Source: Myxococcota bacterium (lineage in GTDB: Bacteria > Myxococcota_A > UBA9160 > SZUA-336). Taken from it: a stretch of DNA of 64,000 nt. The translations under genes were made by a program, and so were the position numbers. This document shows positions 1 to 9,725 of this stretch, piece after piece. A model generated the notes under the pieces. It was given only the letters and a program-made list of their open reading frames with translations, had not been told where the DNA came from and ran no database searches. The DNA lies in contig DATKAO010000090.1 in assembly GCA_035498015.1 (NCBI GenBank), positions 4,827 to 68,826 on the forward strand. Reading direction: 5' to 3'. How positions within the stretch are numbered: the first letter of the stretch is position 1; each line of letters opens with the position of its first letter.

Positions 1-3000
1 CACGAGCGGAATTTCGTTGGGCCGATCGAAGTACTCCGCGGCAGTCACTGAGGGGCGCAGGAACAGCGCCTGGATCGCGCGCGGCTGGTCCATCATGACT
101 TGCAGCGGGTTGTCCGTCTCATGACCCGCAGGCACGGCGCCGCTCCAGCCGGAGAACAGGTAGCCGAAGTCGGGCACCGGGGTCAGTGTGACCGTGGAGC
201 CTACCGGGTACAACGGCAGGTCGGGGGCGCGCTGCACAGCGCCATGACTCGCGGAGGTAGTGAGCGCCAAGTTCGCAGGCGAGCTCGTGAAGTCCTGGCC
301 GCCAATGTTGGCCGTCACCGGGCCATCGACGCTGCGCGACGCAGGACTCATCAAGTGGCCCGACGCGCTCGGAGTGAGGATGATCGCGGTGGCGTTCGGC
401 GGCACGCCGGTGAGCGAATACACGCCGTTGGTCAGAGTCACCGCGCTGCCCGTGTAGCCGCCGGTCGCAGTCACGACCACACCGCCCAGTCCGGAGCCGT
501 TCTCGAGGATCGTGCCGCTGATCACGAACGAGGTAGGAGTCCCAGCCTCCCAGTCGTCGAGGATGCCGCCAGACTGGAACGTTTCGAAGCCAGGCCGGCC
601 CGAAGTGAGCGTCGTGGAGTTCGGAACCGACAGCACCACGGTGCCGTTGATCTTCGCCGCGACCGTGCCGTTCGAGAGCTCGGCTTCGACGATGTCGCCC
701 GGAGAAATCGTCGAGGGCGACGTGATCAGGTTCCCGCGGTAGGTCCCGCTCGAGTACCAGTAGATGAACAGCGTGCCCTGGTGCCACGAGACGACGAGAG
801 CCTGTCCCGCGCCGCCGAGCAGCACGAGACCGAGCTGGCCGCTCGGGTCCACCACACGGGCGCGCGCGAACTGCGCGCCATCATTGAATGCACCGAGGCC
901 CTGCCAGTAGTAGAGCGCCTCGTCGATACCGCCTGCGACCTGCTGGCCCGCAAGGTTCGACCGGCCGCCCGTGAACGGCTGCACCCAGTTGCCGCCCACC
1001 ACCAGCGGGATCTCGTTGGGCCGGTTGAAGTAGTCAGCGGCAGTCACTCCTGGGCGCACGAAGATGGCGTTGATCTTGCGGTTCTGGTCCATCGTGACTT
1101 GCAGCGGGTTATCCGTCTCGTGACCCACAGGAACGTCGCCGCTCCAGCCTGCGAACGCGTAGCCGTCGTCGGGCACAGCGGTCAGGCTGACCGGCGTTCC
1201 GACGGGGTAGACCGGCGAGTCCGGAGAGCGCTGCACGCTGCCATGAGTCGCGAAGGTGGTGAGCGTCGCGTTCGCCGGAGTGCTCGTGAAGTCCTGGCCC
1301 GTCACGTTCGCGGTCACAGGCCCGTCCACGCTGCGCGAGGCCGGGGTGATGTTGTGCCCCGATGCCGACGGCGTGAGCACGATCGAGGTCGAGTTCAGGG
1401 GGATCCCGGTGAGTGAGTAGCCGCCGTTCGGGGCAGTGACCGCGGTGCCGATGAAGCCGCCGCTCGCGCTCACGAACGCACCGCCCAACCCCGCGCCGCT
1501 CTCGAGGATCGTGCCGCTGATCGCGAACGAGAAGGGCGTGCCGGCCTGCCAGTCGTCGAGGATGCCACCGGATTGGAAGGTCTCGAAGCCCGGGTTGCCA
1601 GCGGTGAGCGTCGTGGTGTTCAGCACCGACAGAACGACGATGCCGTTGACCTTCGCCGCGACCGTCCCGTTCGAGAGCTCCGCCTCGATCACATCGCCGT
1701 TGCTCAGGTTCGAGGGCAGAGTCGCGAGATTCCCGCGGTACGCGCCGGCCGAGTACCAGTAGAGGAAGAGCGTGCCCTGGTGCCACGAAGCGATCAGGCC
1801 CTGGCCGCTCGCGCCGAGCAGCACGACGCCCACCTGGCCGCTCGCGTCGACCACGCGGGCGCGCGCGAACTGCTGGGTGTTGTTGAACAGTCCGGCGCCG
1901 ATCCAGTAGTAGATCGCGTCGTTCGTTGCGCCGACTACGTGCTGGCTGACCAGGTTTGCCGATGCGCCGGCGAACGCCTGCGCCCAGTTGCTGCCCAGCA
2001 CCAGCGGTGTCTCGTTCGGGCGGTTGAAGTCGTCGGACGCGGTCACGCTCGCGGAGCCGAACGCCGCCGTGATGGTCCGGTCCTGGTCCATGGTGACTTG
2101 CAGCGGGTTGTCGCCGCTGTGGCCGGGCGGGACGTCGCCGCTCCAGCCGGCGAACGCATAGTCGGGGTCGGGCACCGGGGTCAGCGTGACCACGGTACCG
2201 AGCGGGTAGGGCGAGAGATCGGGGTTTCGCGTCACGCTGCCGTGAGTCGCGTTGACGGTCAGGACGGCGGTCGTGATCGCGGTGCTCGTGAAGTCGAGTC
2301 CGCCGACGTTGCCAGTCACCGGTCCCGCGACGGTCTGCGTGAGCGGAGTCATGTGGTGACCGGCCAGGGCCGGCGTGATCACGATCGAGGTCGCGTTGCC
2401 GGGCACGCCTGCCATCGACCACACGCCGTTCGGATCGGTCGTGGCGGTTCCCGTGAAGCCGCCCGTCGCAGTGACCTGCACGCCCGCGAGCCCGACGCCG
2501 CCCTCGGTGATCGTGCCACCCAGCGAGAACGAGACGGGCGTGCCCGCCAGCCAGTCGTCCATGCCCGCAACCAGCGTGGGCAGCGACGGATTCAGATAGG
2601 TGATGAAGCCGGGCGTGCCCGAGGCGATCGTGGTGGTGTTCGCGACGCTCGCGACCACCACGCCGTTCACCTTCGCGCGCAGAACGCCGCCGTCGAGCAC
2701 CGCCTCGATCACGTCGCCGTCCGCGAGCGGAGCCACCTGAGACGTCAGCACGCCCTGGTCCTGGCTGTTGGCGTACCAGTAGATGAACACCGACTTGTTC
2801 GCGCCCGGGCCCGGCGGACCCCAGGTCATGTTGATCGAGTGATCGGCGCCCGCGAGCAGGATCAGCCCCGGCTCGCCCGTGCTGTCCACGACCGTCGCGC
2901 GCGCGAACTGACTCGTGTTGCTGAAGCTGCCGGCGCCCTTCCAGTAGTAGATCCCCTCCTGCGAGCCGCCGGTCACGTGATTTCCAGTGAGATTGGAAAA

Positions 3001-3186
3001 GCCGTCGTAGTTGCCCGCGATCGTGCGGCCCCAGTTGCCGGCGGTGGAGAAGGGCGTCTCGTCGGCGCGGTTGAAGTCGTCGGAAGCGACGACGGTCTCG
3101 GTCTGCGCGAAAGCGGGCGCGGCGGCGAAGGCGGCCCAAAGGCATGCGAGCGCAGACAGAGCCAACCTGCGGGGAAAGCAGCTCAT
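1..3186 (-). CDS. Large secreted tandem-repeat surface protein (partial, runs off the window start); repeat unit = DDFNR beta-sandwich + prealbumin/CarboxypepD_reg-like + divergent InlB B-repeat-like domain
   Basis: Manual translation of the minus frame starting at ATG 3186 (MSCFPRRLALSALACLWAAFAAAPAFAQTET, signal peptide) is open to position 1 (1062 codons); absent from the ORF track because no stop lies in the window. (D/E)(D/Y)F(N/D)R motifs at 3073, 2026, 1027 and 28; GWSGD...DNPLQV(T/M)MDQ motif recurs three times. Confidence 0.9.
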   Translation of the reverse strand, partial: MSCFPRRLALSALACLWAAFAAAPAFAQTETVVASDDFNRADETPFSTAGNWGRTIAGNYDGFSNLTGNHVTGGSQEGIYYWKGAGSFSNTSQFARATVVDSTGEPGLILLAGADHSINMTWGPPGPGANKSVFIYWYANSQDQGVLTSQVAPLADGDVIEAVLDGGVLRAKVNGVVVASVANTTTIASGTPGFITYLNPSLPTLVAGMDDWLAGTPVSFSLGGTITEGGVGLAGVQVTATGGFTGTATTDPNGVWSMAGVPGNATSIVITPALAGHHMTPLTQTVAGPVTGNVGGLDFTSTAITTAVLTVNATHGSVTRNPDLSPYPLGTVVTLTPVPDPDYAFAGWSGDVPPGHSGDNPLQVTMDQDRTITAAFGSASVTASDDFNRPNETPLVLGSNWAQAFAGASANLVSQHVVGATNDAIYYWIGAGLFNNTQQFARARVVDASGQVGVVLLGASGQGLIASWHQGTLFLYWYSAGAYRGNLATLPSNLSNGDVIEAELSNGTVAAKVNGIVVLSVLNTTTLTAGNPGFETFQSGGILDDWQAGTPFSFAISGTILESGAGLGGAFVSASGGFIGTAVTAPNGGYSLTGIPLNSTSIVLTPSASGHNITPASRSVDGPVTANVTGQDFTSTPANATLTTFATHGSVQRSPDSPVYPVGTPVSLTAVPDDGYAFAGWSGDVPVGHETDNPLQVTMDQNRKINAIFVRPGVTAADYFNRPNEIPLVVGGNWVQPFTGGRSNLAGQQVAGGIDEALYYWQGLGAFNDGAQFARARVVDPSGQLGLVLLGGAGQALVVSWHQGTLFIYWYSSGTYRGNLITSPSTISPGDIVEAELSNGTVAAKINGTVVLSVPNSTTLTSGRPGFETFQSGGILDDWEAGTPTSFVISGTILENGSGLGGVVVTATGGYTGSAVTLTNGVYSLTGVPPNATAIILTPSASGHLMSPASRSVDGPVTANIGGQDFTSSPANLALTTSASHGAVQRAPDLPLYPVGSTVTLTPVPDFGYLFSGWSGAVPAGHETDNPLQVMMDQPRAIQALFLRPSVTAAEYFDRPNEIPLV

Positions 3187-3406
3187 CGGGGGGATTTCCT
3201 ATCTACGAAGCGAGCTTCGGGGCCGAAATGCACGGGAGTGGCGAGGTCCTGTGAGACTCGGCGCGCCTGCCTACGGACCGCGGAAGCCCGCGTCCACGTG
3301 CCGGGAGGCCGATCATGACACGCCCTGCAGATCACCGCTTGCCCCATTGCGAGCCGGCAGGGCGATACTCAGGGAAGTGGCGCAAATCACAAAAAAGGGG
3401 CACCCG

Positions 3407-3976
3407 ATGACTCCCCTCGACGAACGTCTGGCCTCGATCCTGGCGCGTGGCTGGTGGCTGCTCTTGCTGCGCGGGCTCGCGGCGATCGTGTTCGGGCTGC
3501 TGACCCTGTCGCAGCCCGGCATCTCGCTCGCGGTGTTGGTGCTGTTGTTCGGTTTCTACTCGCTCGCGGACGGGCTTCTCTGCGTCTGGACCGCCGTCGC
3601 CGGACGCGCGCACCACGAGTCGTGGTGGATGCTGCTGCTCGAGGGCCTGCTGGGCGTGGGCATCGGCGTCCTGACCTTCCTCGAGCCGGGAATCACGGCG
3701 CTGATCGTCCTGTTCTACATCGCGATCTGGGCGATCGGCACGGGCGTGCTGGAGATCGCGGCAGCGATCCGGCTGCGCAAGGAGATCCGCGGCGAGTGGC
3801 TGCTCATCCTGGCGGGAGTCGCGTCCGTCGCGTTCGGCGTGCTCTTGATCGTGCAGCCCGGCGCGGGCGCACTCGCCCTCTTGTGGCTGATCGGCACCTA
3901 CGCGCTCGTATTCGGCGTGCTGGTCGTGGTGCTCGCGTTCCGCGCGCGCAGCTTCCAGCGCGTCCTGCACGAGTGA
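3407..3976 (+). CDS. HdeD/DUF308 family membrane protein
   Basis: WWLLLLRGLAAIVFG, IGTGVLEIAAAIRLRKEIRGEWLL and LWLIGTYALVFG are typical of HdeD/DUF308; ATG 3407 after AAGGGG. Confidence 0.85.
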   Translation: MTPLDERLASILARGWWLLLLRGLAAIVFGLLTLSQPGISLAVLVLLFGFYSLADGLLCVWTAVAGRAHHESWWMLLLEGLLGVGIGVLTFLEPGITALIVLFYIAIWAIGTGVLEIAAAIRLRKEIRGEWLLILAGVASVAFGVLLIVQPGAGALALLWLIGTYALVFGVLVVVLAFRARSFQRVLHE

Positions 3977-4386
3977 GCCGGCCGGTGACGGAGTTCGCGA
4001 CCCAGCGCCTGCCGCGCGAGCGCACGGCGGTCGCTCCCGACGGCTCCGACGTGCGCGTGCTGCTCGGACTGGCCGGCGGCGGCATGGCGCACTTCGAGCT
4101 GGCGGCGGGCGCGACCTCGCGCGCGGTGACTCACCGCAGCGTGGAGGAGATCTGGTGGTTCCTGTCGGGGCGGGGCGAGATGTGGCGCAAGCAGAGCGGC
4201 CGCGAAGAAGTGGTGCCCGTCGAGGCGGGCGTGTGTCTCACGATCCCGCTCGGCACGCACTTCCAGTTCCGTGCGCTGGGGACCGAGCCGCTGCGCGCGC
4301 TGGGAGTCACCATGCCGCCGTGGCCTGGCGACGGCGAGGCCGTCCCGGTGCCGGGGAAGTGGCTCAGTGACCGAACACCTGCTTGA
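3973..4386 (+). CDS. Cupin domain protein
   Basis: AVTHRSVEEIWWFLSGRGEMW and LTIPLGTHFQFR cupin motifs; GTG overlaps the upstream TGA (alternative start 3985). Confidence 0.8.
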   Translation: MSRPVTEFATQRLPRERTAVAPDGSDVRVLLGLAGGGMAHFELAAGATSRAVTHRSVEEIWWFLSGRGEMWRKQSGREEVVPVEAGVCLTIPLGTHFQFRALGTEPLRALGVTMPPWPGDGEAVPVPGKWLSDRTPA

Positions 4387-5017
4387 GCAGGTCCGTCGAG
4401 CGCGCCACCGGGTCCTTGCGGATCTTCTTCTCCTCGTCGCCCACGATCGTGAACAGGCCGGAGAGCGCCTTGTCGGTCACGTAGGAGTTCAGGTCGAGCT
4501 TGGGCGCCTGCATGAACGGCGTGCTGGTGTACTGACCCACCAGTGACTCGTACAGCTTCGTGACTCCGACGCTCTTCATGGCGTCGTCCACGATCGGCCG
4601 GAACTTGGCCGTGAGCGGGGCGGTGGTCTTTTTCTTGAAGTACTCGGTGGCGGCGGTGTCGCTGCCCTTCAGGATCCCGGCCGCGTCCGAGAAGCTCATG
4701 CCCTGGATCGCGTCGACGAACACCGGCGTCGCCTCGCCTGCGGCTTTCTCGGCCGCGTGGTTCATCGCGGTCTCGAGCTCGTCGACCTGCGCGCCCATGC
4801 CCACCGCGCGCAGCCCGTTCGCCATCGTCTCCATCTTGCCCGGCAGGCCGATGTGGATGCGAGAGTTGTCGAGGAAGCCGCCGGGCTTCGAGGTGGACTG
4901 CACGGCGCGCTGCGTCGCCACCTTGAGCGCTTCGGAAAGCCCCGAAGCGGTAGTCGCGTCCGAGAGCTGGGAGGCGAAGGCCAGCACGCCCGCAACGAGA
5001 AGCGCGGATCGAATCAT
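4364..5017 (-). CDS. DUF4197 family exported protein
   Basis: Signal peptide, then GLSEALKVAT, MNHAAEKAA, FVDAIQGMSFSDA, GSDTAATEYFK and EEKKIRKDPVARSTDLLKQVFG. Confidence 0.9.
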   Translation of the reverse strand: MIRSALLVAGVLAFASQLSDATTASGLSEALKVATQRAVQSTSKPGGFLDNSRIHIGLPGKMETMANGLRAVGMGAQVDELETAMNHAAEKAAGEATPVFVDAIQGMSFSDAAGILKGSDTAATEYFKKKTTAPLTAKFRPIVDDAMKSVGVTKLYESLVGQYTSTPFMQAPKLDLNSYVTDKALSGLFTIVGDEEKKIRKDPVARSTDLLKQVFGH

Positions 5018-5080
5018 GGCGCCCAGTGTATCCGACGAGCTGCGTGATAGGCTGAGACTCGTCTCACGGAGGTCTCGAAC

Positions 5081-5512
5081 ATGAGAGCGCTCAAGATCGT
5101 CCTGGCGCTGGCCGTCTCCTACGTCGCTCTGGTGGTCGGGTTCGAGTCTCTGCTCGGCTGGGTGCAGCCTGCGAGCGGCGCGACGATCGTGATCACGACC
5201 GTCGACCCGGACGGCCGCACGCACGAGCGCGTGGTCGCCCGGCTCGACAGCGACGGCAAGCTCTACGTCGCGGCGAATCACTGGCCGCGCTCGTGGTATC
5301 GCCGGGCGCTCGAGAATCCCGCCGTGCAGGTCGCCTCCGGCGGCGAGCACCACGGCTACCGCGCGGTGCCGGTCAGCGGCGAAGAGGCCGAACGCGTCGA
5401 CTCACAGCACCCGCGGCCGCTGCTCTTCAAGTTCGTGACCGGCTTCCCGCCGCGGCTGATCATGCGGCTGGACCCGACCGACCCGGCTCAGGACGGCGGC
5501 GCGCCCAGGTAG
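5081..5512 (+). CDS. Split-barrel nitroreductase/deazaflavin-dependent (Ddn/DUF385-like) protein with N-terminal membrane anchor
   Basis: IVITTVDPDGRTHERVV, WYRRALENPAVQV and YRAVPV resemble the Ddn family (LTTTGR...WYRNL.ANP.V.V). Confidence 0.6.
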   Translation: MRALKIVLALAVSYVALVVGFESLLGWVQPASGATIVITTVDPDGRTHERVVARLDSDGKLYVAANHWPRSWYRRALENPAVQVASGGEHHGYRAVPVSGEEAERVDSQHPRPLLFKFVTGFPPRLIMRLDPTDPAQDGGAPR

Positions 5513-6003
5513 TCCATCTTGCCCAGCTCCACGCCGCCCTGGCGCAGCAGCGTGTAGACCATCATCACGTGGAAGAAGAAGTTCGGCAGCGAGAAGCCGG
5601 CGAGCATGGCCTCGCCCGTGACTTTCAGCGTGCGGCCGGGGCCCATCGGCAGGTCGATCGCGCGTGACTCGCCGCCCTCGAGCTTCGCGGCCGGGACGGA
5701 CTGCACGTAGTCGAGCGCCTTCTTCACGCGCGCGCGCAGCTCGGCGAAGGTCTTCTCGTCGTCGGGCCACTTCGGGGCCTCGGCGCCGGCCAGGCGCGCG
5801 ATGGCCAGCTTGGCCGTGTCGGTCGCGATCTGGATCTGGCGCGCGAACGGCAGCATGTCGGGAGTGAGTCGCAGCCCCAGGTAGTTCTCCTTGTCGAACT
5901 TCTTCGCGGCGGCGTGCGCTTCGGCCTTGTCGAGCCAGGTCGACAAGTTGGTCAGCATGCGCGTGAAGATCGGGGCGCTGGCGGCGTGGATCGAGATCGG
6001 CAT
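5488..6003 (-). CDS. DUF1993 family (DinB-like) protein
   Basis: RLTPDMLPFARQIQIATD and SLPNFFFHVMMVYTLLRQGGVELGKMDYLG. Confidence 0.9.
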   Translation of the reverse strand: MPISIHAASAPIFTRMLTNLSTWLDKAEAHAAAKKFDKENYLGLRLTPDMLPFARQIQIATDTAKLAIARLAGAEAPKWPDDEKTFAELRARVKKALDYVQSVPAAKLEGGESRAIDLPMGPGRTLKVTGEAMLAGFSLPNFFFHVMMVYTLLRQGGVELGKMDYLGAPPS

Positions 6004-6057
6004 CGGGTCCTCCGGTGGGTTACGACGTGCGATGATGGGAGCGAGAAGGAGGGTACG

Positions 6058-6606
6058 ATGAAAGTGCGCCGCGTCGTCACGGGTCACGATCGTTCGGGCA
6101 AGGCCGTGTTCGTCTCCGATCGCGAAGTCGAGCCGATCACCGCCCAGCTCTTGCCTGGCTCCGAGTTCCACAAGCTGTGGGGCGGCGATCGCGCGCCGTC
6201 GTTCCCGGACGATGGCGCCGAGCCCGCGCAGCCCAGCTATTTCCCGCCGATCGGCGGCTTCCGCTTCGGCATGTTCTCGCTGCCGCCCGCGAGCTCGGCC
6301 GCCGCGCCGCAGCCCAAGGACATGGCGGCCGCGGCAGCGGAGCTCGAGGCCAAGCTGCCCGGGCTCGCGAGCTACATGGAGCCCGACGCGCCGGGCATGC
6401 ACACCACCGACACGATCGACTTCGAGGTCGTGCTCGAGGGCGAGGTCTGGCTCGAGCTCGACGGCGGCAAGGAAGTGCACCTGCGGCCCGGAGACACCGT
6501 GGTGCAGAACGGCACACGCCACGCCTGGCACAACCGCGGCACGAAGCCGGCGCGCCTGGCCGTGTTCATCACGGGCGCGCGCCACGCGAAGTTCCCCAAG
6601 AGCTGA
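6058..6606 (+). CDS. Cupin domain protein
   Basis: MKVRRVVTGHD start, GMHTTDTIDFEVVLEGE and GDTVVQNGTRHAWHN; RBS GGAGGG. Confidence 0.9.
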   Translation: MKVRRVVTGHDRSGKAVFVSDREVEPITAQLLPGSEFHKLWGGDRAPSFPDDGAEPAQPSYFPPIGGFRFGMFSLPPASSAAAPQPKDMAAAAAELEAKLPGLASYMEPDAPGMHTTDTIDFEVVLEGEVWLELDGGKEVHLRPGDTVVQNGTRHAWHNRGTKPARLAVFITGARHAKFPKS

Positions 6607-6623
6607 CGCCGCGAGTCACTCGC

Positions 6624-7304
6624 GTGGCGCTGGTCGCGCACGACGCGAACCTGTGGAGCGTCGAGCACCTGTTCGGCTGGCAGGGCGGGTGGATCGAGAT
6701 CCCCGTGCGCATGACGGTGATCCGGCTCGCGACCGGTACGCTGGTGTTGCACTCGCCGGTCCCGATCGGGGCGGAGCTCTGCAAGGAGCTCGAGGCGCTC
6801 GGTCCGGTGGGCTTCATCGTGGTGCCCTGGGCGCACGGGAAGTTCGCCGAGGCCGCTGCCCGGCGCTATCCCGCGGCGCAGCTGCTCGCGGCACCCGCGC
6901 CGCCCTCGGCCCGGAAGTCACTCCCGTTCCGCGGCGTGCTGGCCGACCGGCCGCCCGAGGCTTGGGGGCCGGACATCGAGACTCACCTGCTGGAGGGCTT
7001 CCGGCTCCAGGAAGTGGTGCTCTTCCACCGGCCCTCGCGGACGCTCGTGCTCACCGATCTGTGCTTCCACATCCAGCGCGCGACGACGCGGCTCTCCGGC
7101 CTGTTCTTCCGCGCGAACGGGATGTGGCAGCGTTTCGCTCCGAGCCGGATCATCCGCGCGCTCGCGGTCTCGGACCGCGCCGCGCTGCGGCGCTCGCTCG
7201 AGCGCGTGCTGCGCTGGGACTTCGAGCGAGTGATTCCGGGACACGGCGACGTGATCGAGCGCGGCGGGCCGGCCGCGCTGCGCGCCGCCTGGCCGGGCTC
7301 CTGA
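6624..7304 (+). CDS. DUF4336 family protein (metallo-beta-lactamase-like fold)
   Basis: RMTVIRLATGTLVLHSPV, EVVLFHRPSRTLVLTD and WDFERVIPGHG; GTG start uncertain. Confidence 0.85.
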   Translation: MALVAHDANLWSVEHLFGWQGGWIEIPVRMTVIRLATGTLVLHSPVPIGAELCKELEALGPVGFIVVPWAHGKFAEAAARRYPAAQLLAAPAPPSARKSLPFRGVLADRPPEAWGPDIETHLLEGFRLQEVVLFHRPSRTLVLTDLCFHIQRATTRLSGLFFRANGMWQRFAPSRIIRALAVSDRAALRRSLERVLRWDFERVIPGHGDVIERGGPAALRAAWPGS

Positions 7305-7305
7305 C

Positions 7306-8904
7306 TCAGCGCCCGTGCACCGGACCCTGGCTCACCTGGTGCGAGATGATGGCCGGACCCACGGCGTGGCCGAGCGGCGGACGGCGGAACCAGTGCCACT
7401 CCGGCTCGGGAATCGACTCCCAGGCGAGGTCGGGCACGCCCAGGTCGATGCCCTCGTACCGGTCCCACGGCATGGCGTTCAGCCAGTCCAGCGTGGCCTG
7501 GGCGTCGGAGCCCGGAACCGTGCGCCCGATGAAGCGGAAGAAGCGGCGCACCACCAGCCACTCGGGAGGGCCCCAGCCCTCGAGTGACTCGCCGGTCTGT
7601 CCGCCGCGGATCTCGAGGCCCGTGAGATAGAAACGGGCCGTGAGATCGCCGTACGACACGTACACGCGATCTCCCGGGCGCGCGTGCTGCCCCAGGTATA
7701 CGGTCGCCGTGCCCATCGCGCCTTCGAAGGGATAGGCGAGCTCGTACAGGAAGTTGCCGAGCGGGAAGCCCCAGTCGAGCTCGTGGAACGAGACCTCCGG
7801 AAGCGAGCCCGCATAGCGGGTCGGCAGCGCCGAGATCTGGTAGAACACGCCGGTCACGAGCAGGAGCACCGCGAAGATCCCGCCGGCGACCCGCTGCATC
7901 TGCCACGCGCGCACGGACATCCACGCCAGGAGCAGTGCGAAGACCGGCAGGAGGTTCACGCTGTAGCGGTAGAAGCGGAACAGGCCGAAGCAGAGCACCG
8001 CGAGATACACCACCGGGATGACCGCGAGAAACAGAGTCACGCGCCACTCCGCCAGGATCTCCCGGCGCCGGGTCGCGAGGGCCAGCGCCGCGAACACGGG
8101 CACGGCGACGGCCGGGAAGCTGTAGCGCAGCGTGAGCCCCAGATACTCCATGGCGAAGATGTCGTTGAAGCCCCCGGAGCGCTCCGACTTGCCGAAGATG
8201 TCGAAGAACACCACCCACGGACCGTTCACGAGCGCGATCGCTGCGGCCGCGAGACACAGCCGCGCGAAGGCCGCGCGGCCGATGCCGAGCGCCCAGAGCG
8301 CCACGGCGAGCGCGAGGGACAGCGCCGCGAAGGTGAGGTAGTTCGCGTGGAAGACCCCCGTCATGGCGAGCGCCAGGCCGGCCGGCGCCCGCCAGCCCGG
8401 CCTGCGCACGGTCGCCGCGGCGAAATGCACGGCCCAGATCGTCCCGAGGATCGCGAGCGCGTAGTAGCGGCACTGGCGCACGTGCAGCAGGAACGGCACC
8501 GAGGTGCCGAGAAAGGCCATGGCCAGGAGCGCGATCCGCCGGTCGTCGAAGAGACTCCGCCCGAGAAAATAGATCGACCCGACACACGCCAGCCCGAACA
8601 GCGCGAAGGGCAGGCGCGCGGAGGCCGTCCCTTCGCCCAAGAGCGCGAACGCGCCGGCGGCCACGTACTTGTCGAGCCAGGGGGTCCAGCGCCAGACCAG
8701 GTCTGTCCCGAACTCACGCCCGATCTCCTGCGAGATCAGGTCCTTGCCGACCCGCGCCTCCGGAATGCCGTGCACCAGGATGCTGCGCGCGAGCAGCGCA
8801 GTCTCCGCTTCGTCGACCCAGAGCAGGGGCCGGCCCAGCCCGTAGAGTGTGAGACCGGCACACACTGCGAGCAGCGCGGCCGGAGCGGCAACCCTGCGCA
8901 ACAA
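7306..8904 (-). CDS. ArnT/PMT-like (GT39/GT83, GT-C fold) membrane glycosyltransferase
   Basis: LWVDEAETALLARSI after the first TM helix, ARLPFALFG, RQCRYYAL, many TM helices. Confidence 0.8.
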   Translation of the reverse strand: MLRRVAAPAALLAVCAGLTLYGLGRPLLWVDEAETALLARSILVHGIPEARVGKDLISQEIGREFGTDLVWRWTPWLDKYVAAGAFALLGEGTASARLPFALFGLACVGSIYFLGRSLFDDRRIALLAMAFLGTSVPFLLHVRQCRYYALAILGTIWAVHFAAATVRRPGWRAPAGLALAMTGVFHANYLTFAALSLALAVALWALGIGRAAFARLCLAAAAIALVNGPWVVFFDIFGKSERSGGFNDIFAMEYLGLTLRYSFPAVAVPVFAALALATRRREILAEWRVTLFLAVIPVVYLAVLCFGLFRFYRYSVNLLPVFALLLAWMSVRAWQMQRVAGGIFAVLLLVTGVFYQISALPTRYAGSLPEVSFHELDWGFPLGNFLYELAYPFEGAMGTATVYLGQHARPGDRVYVSYGDLTARFYLTGLEIRGGQTGESLEGWGPPEWLVVRRFFRFIGRTVPGSDAQATLDWLNAMPWDRYEGIDLGVPDLAWESIPEPEWHWFRRPPLGHAVGPAIISHQVSQGPVHGR

Positions 8905-8939
8905 GCGCGTCCAGGGTAACTCAGGCGGCCCCGGGCCGG

Positions 8940-9293
8940 GTGTATCTTGCGTGCGTGAGGACGGAGGCGTTGCTCATGGCCGCGGCGTTCCTCGGGGCGT
9001 GCGCAACCCCCGCCCCGCGCGTGCTGACCGGTGAGCTCGAGCAGAGCACGCGCGACGGGAGCGGGTCGGTCCGGGACTGCATGACCGGCGAGGTGTTCGC
9101 GCTCCGGACCCTCACGAGCGGTCAGTGGCAGCGCGCTGCGGCCCTCGCGGCCCGGCGCGACGGCGCGAGCGACGCGCAGGTGATCGTCGCGCTCGAAGGC
9201 GAGATCTCCGACGGCTCGCCGCGCTCGTTCTCGGTGAGCCGCGTGGTCGAGATGTGGCGCGGCACGTGCGACGATCCGCTCCCGGGCCGCTGA
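8940..9293 (+). CDS. Hypothetical lipoprotein (possibly NlpE C-terminal OB-fold-like)
   Basis: Lipobox FLGA-C; VRDCMTGEVF resembles the FTDCATG motif of NlpE_C; start may be 8976. Confidence 0.5.
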   Translation: MYLACVRTEALLMAAAFLGACATPAPRVLTGELEQSTRDGSGSVRDCMTGEVFALRTLTSGQWQRAAALAARRDGASDAQVIVALEGEISDGSPRSFSVSRVVEMWRGTCDDPLPGR

Positions 9294-9359
9294 GCGATGT
9301 CGAAATCCGGCGGCGCCGAACGACCAGGTGCGTCCCCCAAAACCGAGAGGAGCCGACGC

Positions 9360-9725
9360 ATGCGCTACGCCTGTCTGATCTATTTCGACCCGAAGGTCGT
9401 GTTCGACCAGAGCCCGGAGTCCAACGCCGTGCTGGCCGAGGCCGGCCCGTTCGACGAGCGGCTGAAGGGCACCGGCCAGCTCGTGATGGGGCTGCCGCTC
9501 CAGCTCCCGAAGGAGGCCATGACCGTGCGGGTGCGCGACGGCAAGATGTCCGCGACCGACGGCCCCTTCATCGAGACCAAGGAGGTGCTGGGCGGGCTCG
9601 TGCTGCTCGAGGCGCGCGACCTGAACGAGGCCGTGCGCATCGCGGCGCAGAACCCGTTCGCGCGGCTCGGCGCGATCGAGGTGCGGCCGCTCGTGGACTT
9701 CTCCAAGCCCCGGCCGCGGCTGTGA
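9360..9725 (+). CDS. YciI/DGPF family protein
   Basis: ATDGPFIETKEVLGG and IEVRP motifs; RBS GAGGAG. Confidence 0.9.
   Translation: MRYACLIYFDPKVVFDQSPESNAVLAEAGPFDERLKGTGQLVMGLPLQLPKEAMTVRVRDGKMSATDGPFIETKEVLGGLVLLEARDLNEAVRIAAQNPFARLGAIEVRPLVDFSKPRPRL

Noticed and set aside
100-3318. ORF-track ORFs 100..1416(+), 119..787(-), 1109..3145(-) and 1573..3318(+)
   Set aside because: Arg/Ala/Gly-rich shadow frames of the real repeat-protein gene (minus frame from 3186 to 1), typical of high-GC DNA.
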